DNA of 64,000 nt from a virus. The DNA lies in IMG/VR virus record IMGVR_UViG_3300031994_000034, one strand, 5' to 3'. Below the pieces are notes generated by a model. That model was given only the letters and a program-made list of their open reading frames with translations, ran no database searches and was not told the DNA's origin. Shown piece by piece: positions 32,170 through 41,149 of this stretch. The translations under genes were made by a program, and so were the position numbers. Position 1 is the stretch's first letter, and each line of letters starts with the position of its first letter.

Positions 32170-33636
32170 ATGACAACAATGAACTACAACATCGTCAAGA
32201 CTGCTGAGGGCAGCATGACGACGTACCGAGTGGTCGGTGCGGAACAGGCGGACAATCAGGCTATCTGTCAGGCTCTGACGGAGGCGGCCAAGGATGTGTG
32301 GCAGTACCTGACGGCAATGCCCGGTGCCTATACCGCCACCGAGATGAGAAAGACGGACCTTAGCCTGCGCAACGGATTGGAACTCCCCATGGAGTTGCAC
32401 ACGCTGCGTGTGGAGTGCGGAAAGTTCAACCTCTGTGTGAAGCCCATCGACGACTATGGGAAGCCAAACTACAGCACTATCTTCCGTGTGCTGACCGAGT
32501 TTGAGAAGTTGGCTCGTGTGAAGCAGGGCGACCGCGCTGTGTTCACGGTGGGCAAGGAACTGGGTGCGCTGGTGTGCGAGGCTCGTGTGGTGTTGCCAAG
32601 CGACATGAAGGCCATCTGCGCCTGCTGCGGTGACGACCCCCTGTACCCTTCGATGAGCTATCCCGCCCTCGACCTCGACCGCCGTTGCATCGTGGCTACG
32701 GACGCTGTGCTGATGGTGGCGAAGAAAGTCACCGTAGCCTCTATTCACTACGAGGACAAGGTACCCGAGACGTTCTACCTGCCCAAGGAGGTGGAGCGGA
32801 TGCAGGGTGAAGTGACGGTCCGGCTGTATGAGCAGGGCTGCACGGTCACGGACCAGAAGGGCACGGAGGTGAGCGTGGAGCATGAGAGGCCTTATCCCAA
32901 GTGGCACACGGTATGGCCGCCGTTGCGCGGTGGCATGACCCTCGTGGACAGCAAGGCATGGACAAAGGTGGTGAAGAGTGCCATGAACGGGATGCCGCAG
33001 AATAGCAAGTTGAAGGACGAGTCGCTGTTGCTGACCCACTATCCCGCATCGGCCAACCTCACGCTGAGGGGCTATGATGGTGCAGAGATGGTGAACGAAC
33101 AGTGTATCACGGACTGCGTGGCGACCGACGAGGTACCCTACCGCATAGGAGTGTACGCACCGCGACTGCTGAAAGCCCTGGCCTTGCAGCCCAAGACGAT
33201 GTGGATGGGATATTCGGAGTATGACACGCGGCCTACCCGCCTGGTGATGGAGAACGCAGAGGCGGAGATGGTGGTGGAACTCTATCGGTATGACGTGGAC
33301 GACCTGCGCGATGCGCTGATGCCGACGGATGAGGAGTATGTGGTGAGCGACACCCGCCGCCTCTATCACTGCTACGACAAGGACGGCTGGCTGCTGGAGC
33401 GGGTGGAAACGAAATATCCCACCTGTGGAGAGCTGAAGACTCAGAGTAATCTGAGTACTCCGACTACTCAGAGGACTCTGAGGGCTCGGAGAACTCCGAC
33501 TACTCAGAGTACTCCGACTACTCCGATTACTCAGAGTACTCCGACTATTCGGACTACTCCGACTACTCAGACCACCGCACCACTATCTCTCGCTGACCGA
33601 CTGCGCGAGGCCCTGCGGGCACGACTGGCAGCGTGA
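32170..33636 (+). CDS. beta-sliding-clamp-like protein with 9-mer-repeat-encoded Thr/Pro/Gln tail
   Basis: Segments RRCIVATDAVLMVAKK and ERPYPKWHTVWP resemble the DnaN patterns ATDghRLa and fPdY..viP. The tail TQSNLSTPTTQRTL..TPTTQSTPTTPITQSTPTIRTTPTTQTT comes from the array at 33439-33573. Confidence 0.45.
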   Translation: MTTMNYNIVKTAEGSMTTYRVVGAEQADNQAICQALTEAAKDVWQYLTAMPGAYTATEMRKTDLSLRNGLELPMELHTLRVECGKFNLCVKPIDDYGKPNYSTIFRVLTEFEKLARVKQGDRAVFTVGKELGALVCEARVVLPSDMKAICACCGDDPLYPSMSYPALDLDRRCIVATDAVLMVAKKVTVASIHYEDKVPETFYLPKEVERMQGEVTVRLYEQGCTVTDQKGTEVSVEHERPYPKWHTVWPPLRGGMTLVDSKAWTKVVKSAMNGMPQNSKLKDESLLLTHYPASANLTLRGYDGAEMVNEQCITDCVATDEVPYRIGVYAPRLLKALALQPKTMWMGYSEYDTRPTRLVMENAEAEMVVELYRYDVDDLRDALMPTDEEYVVSDTRRLYHCYDKDGWLLERVETKYPTCGELKTQSNLSTPTTQRTLRARRTPTTQSTPTTPITQSTPTIRTTPTTQTTAPLSLADRLREALRARLAA

Positions 33637-33709
33637 GCAATTCATAATGCACAATTCACAATGCACAATTCATAATTCACAATTCATAATTCATAATTCA
33701 TAATTGACT

Positions 33710-34171
33710 ATGGCAGACAACAGTTATGCAGTAACGAACCTGCGCACTATCAAAGAAAACATCATGGCCTACGCAAGCCATGCAGAAGGGTATCAGTATT
33801 CACCGCTCTATGAGAAGATAGAGGCGGCACAGATAGCCGTACAGCAGCTTATCGACGCTATTAGCGGCGAACCTGCCGACACGACACCTGCGGACGACCC
33901 GGCGCAGGATGTCTATGCCGAGTACAGCGCGGACATGCGCAAGGCGGTGGCTTATGTCAACGAACAACTGGAGTCGGAGGACAAGGCCATTATTTGTGCC
34001 AAGGTGGATAAAAACTTCCGGCAACACATGAACCCCTCCTACAACATTGATGACGACAAGATCATCGACCTGCTGGAAGAATACGGTGCGGACCACGACC
34101 TCCCGGAAGGGTGGTGGGAAGAGGAGGCAGACATCGACGACATCGTGCTGCTGATTAACTTCGAGATGTAG
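33710..34171 (+). CDS. hypothetical acidic protein
   Basis: ATG at 33710 (MADNSYAV...), CTATGG start context. Confidence 0.6.
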   Translation: MADNSYAVTNLRTIKENIMAYASHAEGYQYSPLYEKIEAAQIAVQQLIDAISGEPADTTPADDPAQDVYAEYSADMRKAVAYVNEQLESEDKAIICAKVDKNFRQHMNPSYNIDDDKIIDLLEEYGADHDLPEGWWEEEADIDDIVLLINFEM

Positions 34172-34278
34172 GTCACACAGATAGCACAGATAACACGGAA
34201 AGACAATTCATAATTCTTGCGCCGCTACGCTCTGCAAGCGAACAAGTTCGAGCGCATAATTCATAATTCACAATTTAT

Positions 34279-34680
34279 ATGGAAAAGATGACTAAACAAC
34301 AGGCTATTCAATACATCACGGACCTGATGGCGACCATTCAGGCAGCGTACTTCAAAGGACGAATGGAGGGGCATACGCTGTGGGTGCATGAGAGAATGGA
34401 CGACAGTGCGGCTATCAGCATTGACCTCTACAACTTCGGAGGTGACGGCAAGCCGGTGTGCGAAGGTCTGCTGCCTTGCACCGTCACCTACGACGACAGC
34501 TCGCAGGGTAAAGGTTGGCTCTACTGCATGTGCTACAATCCCGACGATGTGACGCCCCTGACATTCATCTTTGACAGCGATGCCTTCGGCGACATCAACC
34601 TCGACCCGGAGGATGTACACGAAGATGTGCTGCAGAACATCGCCACATGGCTGGAACAGGCTATGCGGCCTATCAACTAA
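34279..34680 (+). CDS. hypothetical protein
   Basis: 133-aa ORF. Confidence 0.6.
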   Translation: MEKMTKQQAIQYITDLMATIQAAYFKGRMEGHTLWVHERMDDSAAISIDLYNFGGDGKPVCEGLLPCTVTYDDSSQGKGWLYCMCYNPDDVTPLTFIFDSDAFGDINLDPEDVHEDVLQNIATWLEQAMRPIN

Positions 34681-34719
34681 ACCACGAATTTTTCACTATT
34701 CACTTTTAACTTTTCATTT

Positions 34720-34977
34720 ATGTTAAACATTGTTATCACAGGCTGTTTTAACAAATCAGCCATCGACGGCTATGGCCGTCAGGCCGTGCGCTCTATGATA
34801 GCGCACTGCGGACACAAGGTTTGCTCTGAGTTGAGCAGCAAGACCGACTATCTGTGCATTGGCACCGCCAACGTGCCGGGCAGGGGAGTGGGACCGGCCA
34901 AGATGCAGAAAGCGAAGGCCCTCGGCATCCCCGTCATCACGCTGGACCAGTTGCAGGCACTGCTCGACGTCGCGTAA
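34720..34977 (+). CDS. stand-alone BRCT-domain protein
   Basis: IVITGCF..R..V...I..CGHKVCSELSSKTDYLCIG.....G.GPAKMQKAKALGIPVITLDQL follows the BRCT pattern of the NAD-ligase C-terminus. Confidence 0.6.
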   Translation: MLNIVITGCFNKSAIDGYGRQAVRSMIAHCGHKVCSELSSKTDYLCIGTANVPGRGVGPAKMQKAKALGIPVITLDQLQALLDVA

Positions 34978-35003
34978 ACTTTAACAATTAAAACCCGATT
35001 ACT

Positions 35004-35177
35004 ATGAAGTACAACGTAAGTATCACGAGAATTGGCTATGCCCACACGAACTTCGAGGTGGAAGCCGATAGCGAATTGGAAGCGTGGGAGAAGGCTACGG
35101 ATATGGCCGGCGATTGCGACTTCTCGGAGTGCGATGCCGACTATGAATGCGATGGCATTACACCGATGGCAAAGTAG
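35004..35177 (+). CDS. hypothetical small acidic protein
   Basis: Hand-translated 57 aa: MKYNVSITRIGYAHTNFEVEADSELEAWEKATDMAGDCDFSECDADYECDGITPMAK. Confidence 0.45.
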   Translation: MKYNVSITRIGYAHTNFEVEADSELEAWEKATDMAGDCDFSECDADYECDGITPMAK

Positions 35178-35250
35178 GGTGGGGGGATTGCTCCGCCCAG
35201 AAATCAAACAAATCTATTCAAATCTAACAAAAACTCAAAAAACGGAAACG

Positions 35251-35562
35251 ATGGAAGCAATCATTCCCCTGCAAGAACTTATTGCTGATTTGTGTCAGCA
35301 ACACATCAATGCACAGAAGGAGTGTCCTTGCACCTGGCACAACCAGGAAACAGGTGAGGATATCACGACTTTCCGTGGTAAGACCTATAGAAACCTTACG
35401 TTTCAGCAAGTCTGTGATTTGAAGACGTGCAGAGAATTTGGTATTTACCACAATCTTTGTCAGGCTCTGGATTATCAGGACTGGCTCATCGGTCATCCCG
35501 CCGACCGGAATGCTGAGTATTACCTGCGAGAAATGAGAAAGAACTTGAACTTGCGAAATTAA
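35251..35562 (+). CDS. hypothetical protein
   Basis: ATG at 35251 (MEAIIPLQELIADL...) in ORF 35032..35562. Confidence 0.55.
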   Translation: MEAIIPLQELIADLCQQHINAQKECPCTWHNQETGEDITTFRGKTYRNLTFQQVCDLKTCREFGIYHNLCQALDYQDWLIGHPADRNAEYYLREMRKNLNLRN

Positions 35563-35576
35563 AACTCAAAATCACT

Positions 35577-37301
35577 ATGAACTTATTTACGAATAACCCC
35601 GATTTCTATCCTACGCCCAAGGAGGTTATCGGGCAGATGATGATGGGCGAAGAAGTGACTGGCAAAATCATTCTGGAACCGAGTGCCGGCAGCGGAAACA
35701 TCGTTGACTGGCTGAAGGAGAATGGCGCAGCGGAGGTGATTGCCTGCGAGAACGACCCGCATTGCAGGAAGCTATTGGCTGACAAGTGTCGGTTGGTGGC
35801 AGACGACTTCCTGACGGTGACGAGCGAGCAGGTGAGTCACGTGGATATGATTGTGATGAACCCGCCCTTCTCGAAGGGCGTCGAGCACATCCTTCACGCT
35901 TTCGAGATTGCGCCTCCGGGATGTACGGTGATTGCGCTTTGCAACGCTGACAGTGTGAGTGAACATCACAGCTACAGCCGCAACCAAATCCTGTACGAGA
36001 ACATCCAGCTCTATGGCTACACGGAGTGTCTGGGCAAGGTGTTTGAGACCGCCGAGCGCAAGACGAGCGTGGTGGTGTCGCTGGTGAAGCTCTATAAGGA
36101 GGGCACGGGCGAAGAGGAATGGCAAGACTATATTTTCAGCCAGCAGGACGAGGACGCACTGAACATGAACGAGACAGAGGGACTGGTGCAGTACAATGTG
36201 GTGCGCGAAATGGTGAACCGCTACATGAGTGCCGTGAAGATGTTCGACGAGGTGATGGAGATGACACAGCGCATCAACGAGACGGCACGTGCTACGGATG
36301 GAAAGTATGATGCACCACCTATTGAGTTTCGTGCCGTAGAGTCTCGCGATGGTCGTGCCACTACCGTCACTCGTGAGGAGTACAAGAAGCAGCTGAAGAA
36401 ATACTATTGGCGCACTATCTTCCGGATGCTGAAGATGGGGAAGTACGAGACACAATCGCTGCGTGAGCAGATGAACCGCTTTGTGGAGAAACAGGTGAAC
36501 GTGCCTTTCACGATGGGTAACATCTACAGGGTGCTCGACATGATTGTGCAGACGCACGGCCAGCGTATGCACAAGGCACTGGTGGAAGCCTTCGAGAATA
36601 TCTGTTCTTTCAGTGCTGAGAACTCCACGGCTGGCGAGAAGTGGAAGACGAATGCGAACTACATGGTTAACCGCAAGTTCATCATCCCCTATATGTGCGA
36701 CGGCTACGACTGGGAATATTCTGGGGAAGCCTGGAGTATGGCCCGCAAGAGGGTAGGGCGCGAGTATGTGGAAGTCAGCGGTTCCAGTGTAGAGGAGATG
36801 TACGATGTCTGCAAGGCGCTGTGCTACATGACTGGGCGCGACTACAACGAGATTCCTTCACTGCCTGGTGGGTATGGTGGCCGGCGTGTCGCATGGAACA
36901 CTTGGTTTATCTGGGGCTTCTTTCGCTGCAAGGCGTTCAAGAAGGGCACTATGCACTTCGAGTTCCTGGACGAGGACGTGTGGTATAAGTTCAATGCCGA
37001 AGTTGCCAAGACAAAGGGCTGGACACTGCCCAAGAAGAGCGACGGTTGGCAGCAGTCTCCGTCGAAACTCATTCCCCGCATCGACAAGGGCGACCTATTC
37101 CGCTGCAAGAAGGATGTGAAATACAGTGATGGAACAATGGCGTACCGCAAGGATATGGTGTACCGCTCCGAACGGGAACATGGTTATTCCTTGGGTTTCA
37201 TTACCAACGAGAGCGGAAACGCAAACCACGCATGGCCTATCTATCAGGACAAAGGCAAAGGTGTGGACGACTGGCGCGACTGGTTCGAGAAAGTAGCATG
37301 A
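35577..37301 (+). CDS. N6-adenine DNA methyltransferase with large C-terminal domain
   Basis: Motif I ILEPSAGSGNIVDWL and motif IV MNPPFS. 574 aa. Confidence 0.8.
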   Translation: MNLFTNNPDFYPTPKEVIGQMMMGEEVTGKIILEPSAGSGNIVDWLKENGAAEVIACENDPHCRKLLADKCRLVADDFLTVTSEQVSHVDMIVMNPPFSKGVEHILHAFEIAPPGCTVIALCNADSVSEHHSYSRNQILYENIQLYGYTECLGKVFETAERKTSVVVSLVKLYKEGTGEEEWQDYIFSQQDEDALNMNETEGLVQYNVVREMVNRYMSAVKMFDEVMEMTQRINETARATDGKYDAPPIEFRAVESRDGRATTVTREEYKKQLKKYYWRTIFRMLKMGKYETQSLREQMNRFVEKQVNVPFTMGNIYRVLDMIVQTHGQRMHKALVEAFENICSFSAENSTAGEKWKTNANYMVNRKFIIPYMCDGYDWEYSGEAWSMARKRVGREYVEVSGSSVEEMYDVCKALCYMTGRDYNEIPSLPGGYGGRRVAWNTWFIWGFFRCKAFKKGTMHFEFLDEDVWYKFNAEVAKTKGWTLPKKSDGWQQSPSKLIPRIDKGDLFRCKKDVKYSDGTMAYRKDMVYRSEREHGYSLGFITNESGNANHAWPIYQDKGKGVDDWRDWFEKVA

Positions 37302-37328
37302 TAACCTGTGAGATTTGAATCAGATTTT

Positions 37329-37414
37329 GTATAATTTGACCTACGGTCGAAGTTCCTTACGCTCGGCAAAGCTCATGCAAGCATGGCTGTGCGCTTGCTT
37401 AATCGGAACTTTCT
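37329..37414 (+). repeat. 85-nt dispersed leader element, copy 2
   Basis: gtataatttgacctacggtcgaagttccttacgctcggcaaagctca...gcttaatcggaactttc. The hairpin GACCtacGGTC corresponds to GACCtgcGGTC in copy 1. Confidence 0.75.
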
Positions 37415-37458
37415 GTGCTATCTGTGCTATCTGTGTGACATTAAAAACAAGAAAGAAT

Positions 37459-37836
37459 ATGACGAAGTATATTATCAGCTGCAACATTGACAAGGATGGT
37501 TGGGGTAAATATGTTCCTGGCCAGAAATGCCGTAATGTGTCGCTACACGAACTGACTGCCTACTACTATTGGCCTGACGTAGTGAGAATGTTTTTCCTCG
37601 AAATGTGCGATCATGGGCTGCCCGACTCTATCACCTTCAAGAAGGATGGTGTAAAGATAACGGCCAAGATGACATGGAAGGCAGGGAAAGAGTGGATAGA
37701 ATTCCGACCCGTGAGTGAAGAATATGCCAAGCAGGAAGGCTACATCGAAATGCGCGACATAGACTGGATTGAACATCTACGCACCGACCTGAAGAACAAT
37801 ACCCGTACTTTGTTGAATGGACAGCCTACAAAGTAG
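37459..37836 (+). CDS. hypothetical protein
   Basis: ATG at 37459 (MTKYIISCNID...) in ORF 37315..37836. Confidence 0.6.
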   Translation: MTKYIISCNIDKDGWGKYVPGQKCRNVSLHELTAYYYWPDVVRMFFLEMCDHGLPDSITFKKDGVKITAKMTWKAGKEWIEFRPVSEEYAKQEGYIEMRDIDWIEHLRTDLKNNTRTLLNGQPTK

Positions 37837-37837
37837 T

Positions 37838-37999
37838 ATGACTGGCATCTATGGCCTCACCTTGCGGGCCTCGGACGGACGGGAACGACGCACGTTGGCG
37901 TGGCTCCCCACCGAGGCTATCCGGCAGGACTTCTACGAGAAAGCCCGACGCAACGGGATAAGTATAGTTATCAATTCACAATTCACAATTCACAATTAA
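37838..37999 (+). CDS. hypothetical small protein
   Basis: ATG at 37838. The C-terminus INSQFTIHN and the stop are supplied by a heptamer array. Confidence 0.4.
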   Translation: MTGIYGLTLRASDGRERRTLAWLPTEAIRQDFYEKARRNGISIVINSQFTIHN

Positions 38000-38012
38000 C
38001 AATTAAAAGACT

Positions 38013-38072
38013 GTGATAGAGAACTGGTTTATAGCAAATTTGTTGTTACTTTGTTGGTTGAAAGGAAAGTAA
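38013..38072 (+). CDS. 19-aa hydrophobic micro-ORF, copy 1 (GTG start)
   Basis: Hand-translated (V/M)IENWFIANLLLLCWLKGK. Confidence 0.35.
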   Translation: MIENWFIANLLLLCWLKGK

Positions 38073-38100
38073 TCGCCTGCGGCGAAGCGAAAAGTGAACA

Positions 38101-38310
38101 ATGAAAAGTAAAATCTACACCATCGACGTACAAGTGGACGGCGAATGGAAGGAATGGAACGGCATAGACTATGCCGAATCCGTGCCAGAGGAAAAGGCGG
38201 AGATGTGCAAACAGTTGCGCCTGCTGAAGCGCAACGGCTACAAGGCACGTCGCCGCTATGTGAGAGAGACAATCATGGAGTTTTTAACCGTTAAAAGAAA
38301 TAGCCTATGA
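38101..38310 (+). CDS. hypothetical basic protein
   Basis: 69-aa ORF. Confidence 0.55.
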   Translation: MKSKIYTIDVQVDGEWKEWNGIDYAESVPEEKAEMCKQLRLLKRNGYKARRRYVRETIMEFLTVKRNSL

Positions 38311-38366
38311 TAGAAAACTGGATTATCGCAATTTTGCTCATCCTTTGTTGGTTAAAAGGCAAATAA
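38307..38366 (+). CDS. 19-aa hydrophobic micro-ORF, copy 2
   Basis: MIENWIIAILLILCWLKGK. The ATG overlaps the upstream TGA (ATGA). Confidence 0.45.
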   Translation: MIENWIIAILLILCWLKGK

Positions 38367-38381
38367 AAACGAGAAACGACT

Positions 38382-38660
38382 ATGGGGTTTGTATATGCAG
38401 TGATTAAGGGGGAGCAGGCGCTGAAGGCGTACTGCTCCCGCCGCTGGAAAGGCCAGCGCATACAGTGGACGGGCGTGTTCGGACATATCGACGAATGCAC
38501 CGTGGAGACTATCTGGGCCTTTGAGCCTGACGGCCAGTGTGCCCAATACTTCATCCTCTACCTGCCGCACCCCAAGGGCGAGCACAACGACCAGAACGCC
38601 GTGCGCCACCAGGTGTATGAGGAAATCAGACAAGGAACCATCAAACTGTTGAACGTATGA
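38382..38660 (+). CDS. hypothetical protein
   Basis: 92-aa ORF, CTATGG start context. Confidence 0.55.
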   Translation: MGFVYAVIKGEQALKAYCSRRWKGQRIQWTGVFGHIDECTVETIWAFEPDGQCAQYFILYLPHPKGEHNDQNAVRHQVYEEIRQGTIKLLNV

Positions 38661-38842
38661 ACATCTACAAATTCATCGACCATCTGCAGGAACGCGCAGC
38701 GGAACTGGAGCCGGAAGCCGAAATCCTCGTGGAAGGCGAGGATGGCACACTCTATGACTTCGAGATTCAGGACACGCCCGAAGCCTTCGACGGCTTCGAT
38801 ACGTTCTACCCAGCCGGGCTGAAGATAGTGCTTTGCAAGTGA
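38657..38842 (+). CDS. hypothetical acidic protein
   Basis: 61-aa ORF with an ATGA overlap. Confidence 0.5.
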   Translation: MNIYKFIDHLQERAAELEPEAEILVEGEDGTLYDFEIQDTPEAFDGFDTFYPAGLKIVLCK

Positions 38843-38881
38843 AAAATCATATTTTTTCTGTAGATAATTTAAAAAAAGCTG

Positions 38882-38889
38882 TATCTTTG
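38882..38889 (+). promoter_or_regulatory. -7 box TATCTTTG
   Basis: Followed by CAGCAGCTACAAC. Upstream of the ATG at 38922. Confidence 0.5.
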
Positions 38890-38921
38890 CAGCAGCTACA
38901 ACAACTTAAAATCAACCGAAT

Positions 38922-39185
38922 ATGTATAAAGTGTTTTTTCAGACCCCTGGAGAGTTCTCCCAAGCGGTTATTATGCCAGGATTCAAGCCTGCAGAGTTTT
39001 CCACTATTGAAGAAGCCAAGGCCTATATCGCTAACCAAGTGCGCGAAGAAGATAAAGTACAGGATGGAGATAACTCCACTGCCGCCACTATCTGCTATGA
39101 AGTTTACGATGGCTCGCCCTACGACGAGGAGGGCGAAGTGACAGAGCCCGTCTATATGAGCGACGAATACTACTTTAAGCCCTAA
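38922..39185 (+). CDS. hypothetical protein
   Basis: 87-aa ORF. Confidence 0.55.
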   Translation: MYKVFFQTPGEFSQAVIMPGFKPAEFSTIEEAKAYIANQVREEDKVQDGDNSTAATICYEVYDGSPYDEEGEVTEPVYMSDEYYFKP

Positions 39186-39206
39186 GCGAAATGTTGGGAA
39201 TGTGTT

Positions 39207-39701
39207 ATGGCATACTTGAACAAGGAACAATACGCTTATCGCCGCGAAAGTGCGGCGCGTAGGAATGCCGACAATGAGGCGGTGGCCGTGGAGCACGGCA
39301 TGACGGAGGAACAGGCTGGACTCATCTCCGACCTGTGCCGTCTGCGCCACGAACTGCACACAAATATGGACAGAGTGACGCGAAGCGATACCGACTTGCG
39401 CATCAAGGCGCAACTGGTGGCGGCTAATGCTGCCATCAAGGAAAGCGGACTGACGCCCGTCCCCTGCATCCCGACGGACGAGGGCGACTATATCGACATC
39501 GACGACATCGACCTGCTGCAGGAGATTGAGGACTGGCCGGAGTCTGGTACCGATGAATGGCAGGAGAAGTGGAATGAGGAATACTCCCGCATCTATGATG
39601 AACTGGAGCAACTGAACTCGGACATCGAACACTATCTTGCCGATATCGACCGGCAGTATGGTACGGCATGGTGCCCGAGCGGAGCTTTGAGAATCTTCTG
39701 A
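39207..39701 (+). CDS. hypothetical acidic protein
   Basis: 164-aa ORF. Confidence 0.6.
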   Translation: MAYLNKEQYAYRRESAARRNADNEAVAVEHGMTEEQAGLISDLCRLRHELHTNMDRVTRSDTDLRIKAQLVAANAAIKESGLTPVPCIPTDEGDYIDIDDIDLLQEIEDWPESGTDEWQEKWNEEYSRIYDELEQLNSDIEHYLADIDRQYGTAWCPSGALRIF

Positions 39702-39703
39702 CT

Positions 39704-39880
39704 ATGACGTACAAACTGTGTATGCTCTCCGAACTGGCACCGATGTCGGTGGAGAGAACCATAGAGGCGCAGAACGACCAAGAGGCTATTGCTGAAGCTG
39801 AGACTTTTTCCGATGCAGTGCCGGTCCTTGTCTGCATGGACCTCTATGATGAGAATAACAAATTAGTGAAACATTGGTAA
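39704..39880 (+). CDS. hypothetical small protein
   Basis: ATG at 39704 (MTYKLCMLSE...) in ORF 39668..39880. Confidence 0.45.
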   Translation: MTYKLCMLSELAPMSVERTIEAQNDQEAIAEAETFSDAVPVLVCMDLYDENNKLVKHW

Positions 39881-39897
39881 AACGCATACGAATATGA

Positions 39898-40026
39898 CAG
39901 AGAACCGGATTGTCGCGCAACCACATCTCTCGCATCGAGACGGGTAAGTACAATGTGGGCTTTGACATCCTTGTGAAGGTGGCCAAGGCACTGGATATGG
40001 AGCTGGATTTTATCAGAACTGATTAA
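39898..40026 (+). pseudogene. 5'-truncated XRE-family HTH remnant
   Basis: The frame reads QRTGLSRNHISRIETGKYNVGFDILVKVAKALDMELDFIRTD, which is the second half of a Cro/C1-type HTH. There is no in-frame ATG. The 5' end is replaced by the micro-ORF leader AAAACGCATACGAATATGACAGAGAAC. Confidence 0.5.
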
Positions 40027-40046
40027 CAATTAAAAGCTACACAACT

Positions 40047-41066
40047 ATGGCAACAAAATCAACAATGCAGTTAGAAGCACTGCGCAATACCGAGAACAGA
40101 AAGCACGCAACGAAAAGCGTATGCGATATGTTGGTGAAGCTGTCGCAAGACGGCTATGTCCGTACAGGACACTATACAGGCAGCGGTCGCCACACCAAGG
40201 CCGTTGACCAGACACTGGAGGTGGTGATGTCCCTGAAGCGCCTGCAGATAAGTCACGCCGAGGGCAACGACGCGCCGCGTGGCGGCGTGGCCGGCAACTA
40301 TGTGGTGCTGACCAGCGAGGCACTGATGAAGCTCATAGGCAAGACCGACACCTATAGGCAGCTGCGCAAGCAGGCCGGCGCGGAGTGGAAGTACATCGTG
40401 CAGAAACCCTACACCGACAAAGAACTGCTGGAGCTGGCCCGGCAGAAAGTGGAGTGGGTGACCGACGAATACAAGGACGACCCCGACGGCCGCTACTGGC
40501 TGAACGTATATCATGGAGCCGAGGTCTATGAGCTGATTATCCGGCACGGACGCATCGTAGGCAGCATCTGCGAAGGCTTCCATCCTACCATCCCCCGTGC
40601 CGACAACCGCATATCGCCGAGCCGTGAGAGGTGGATTGACGCACTGAAGGAGGCAGTCTGCGAACACATCGGCAGCGACTGGCATTTTGCCAAGGCCGAC
40701 GGCTCTGGCACGGCCTTCTTCCTGCGCGAAGCCCCGCAGGATAAGGAACTGCAGAAGTACGTCAAGGAGTACATGGTACCCTCTATGGACTGGCGCGACG
40801 GCGGCTACCATACGAACTACGAGATAAAGGGCACCGAGCAGAAGCCCCGCTATCTGCTGCAGCCCTCTGAGCAGCAGTCCGGCGGCTGGGTATGCACCGA
40901 CACGGAGAACGGCATCGTCTGCCGCTTCCAGGCCCACCGCTTCAACGAGACCTCCAAGATGACCTTCCTGGAGGACGTGCCCCAGCCCGATGCCCTGCAG
41001 ATAGCCCGCCTGATGCGGGAGATGGGCGACTGGCTGGCCGAGCATCACGGAGATATTTTGTTTTAA
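40047..41066 (+). CDS. hypothetical protein
   Basis: 339-aa ORF, CTATGG start context. Confidence 0.65.
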   Translation: MATKSTMQLEALRNTENRKHATKSVCDMLVKLSQDGYVRTGHYTGSGRHTKAVDQTLEVVMSLKRLQISHAEGNDAPRGGVAGNYVVLTSEALMKLIGKTDTYRQLRKQAGAEWKYIVQKPYTDKELLELARQKVEWVTDEYKDDPDGRYWLNVYHGAEVYELIIRHGRIVGSICEGFHPTIPRADNRISPSRERWIDALKEAVCEHIGSDWHFAKADGSGTAFFLREAPQDKELQKYVKEYMVPSMDWRDGGYHTNYEIKGTEQKPRYLLQPSEQQSGGWVCTDTENGIVCRFQAHRFNETSKMTFLEDVPQPDALQIARLMREMGDWLAEHHGDILF

Positions 41067-41089
41067 GAAACTAAAAAACGCATACGAAT

Positions 41090-41149
41090 ATGACAGAGAA
41101 CTGGATTATCGCCATCCTCCTTTTGCTTTGCTGGCTGAAGGGAAAGTAA
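41090..41149 (+). CDS. 19-aa hydrophobic micro-ORF, copy 3
   Basis: MTENWIIAILLLLCWLKGK, followed by the hairpin AGCCCCGTG-GGTGG-CACGGGGCT. Confidence 0.45.
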   Translation: MTENWIIAILLLLCWLKGK

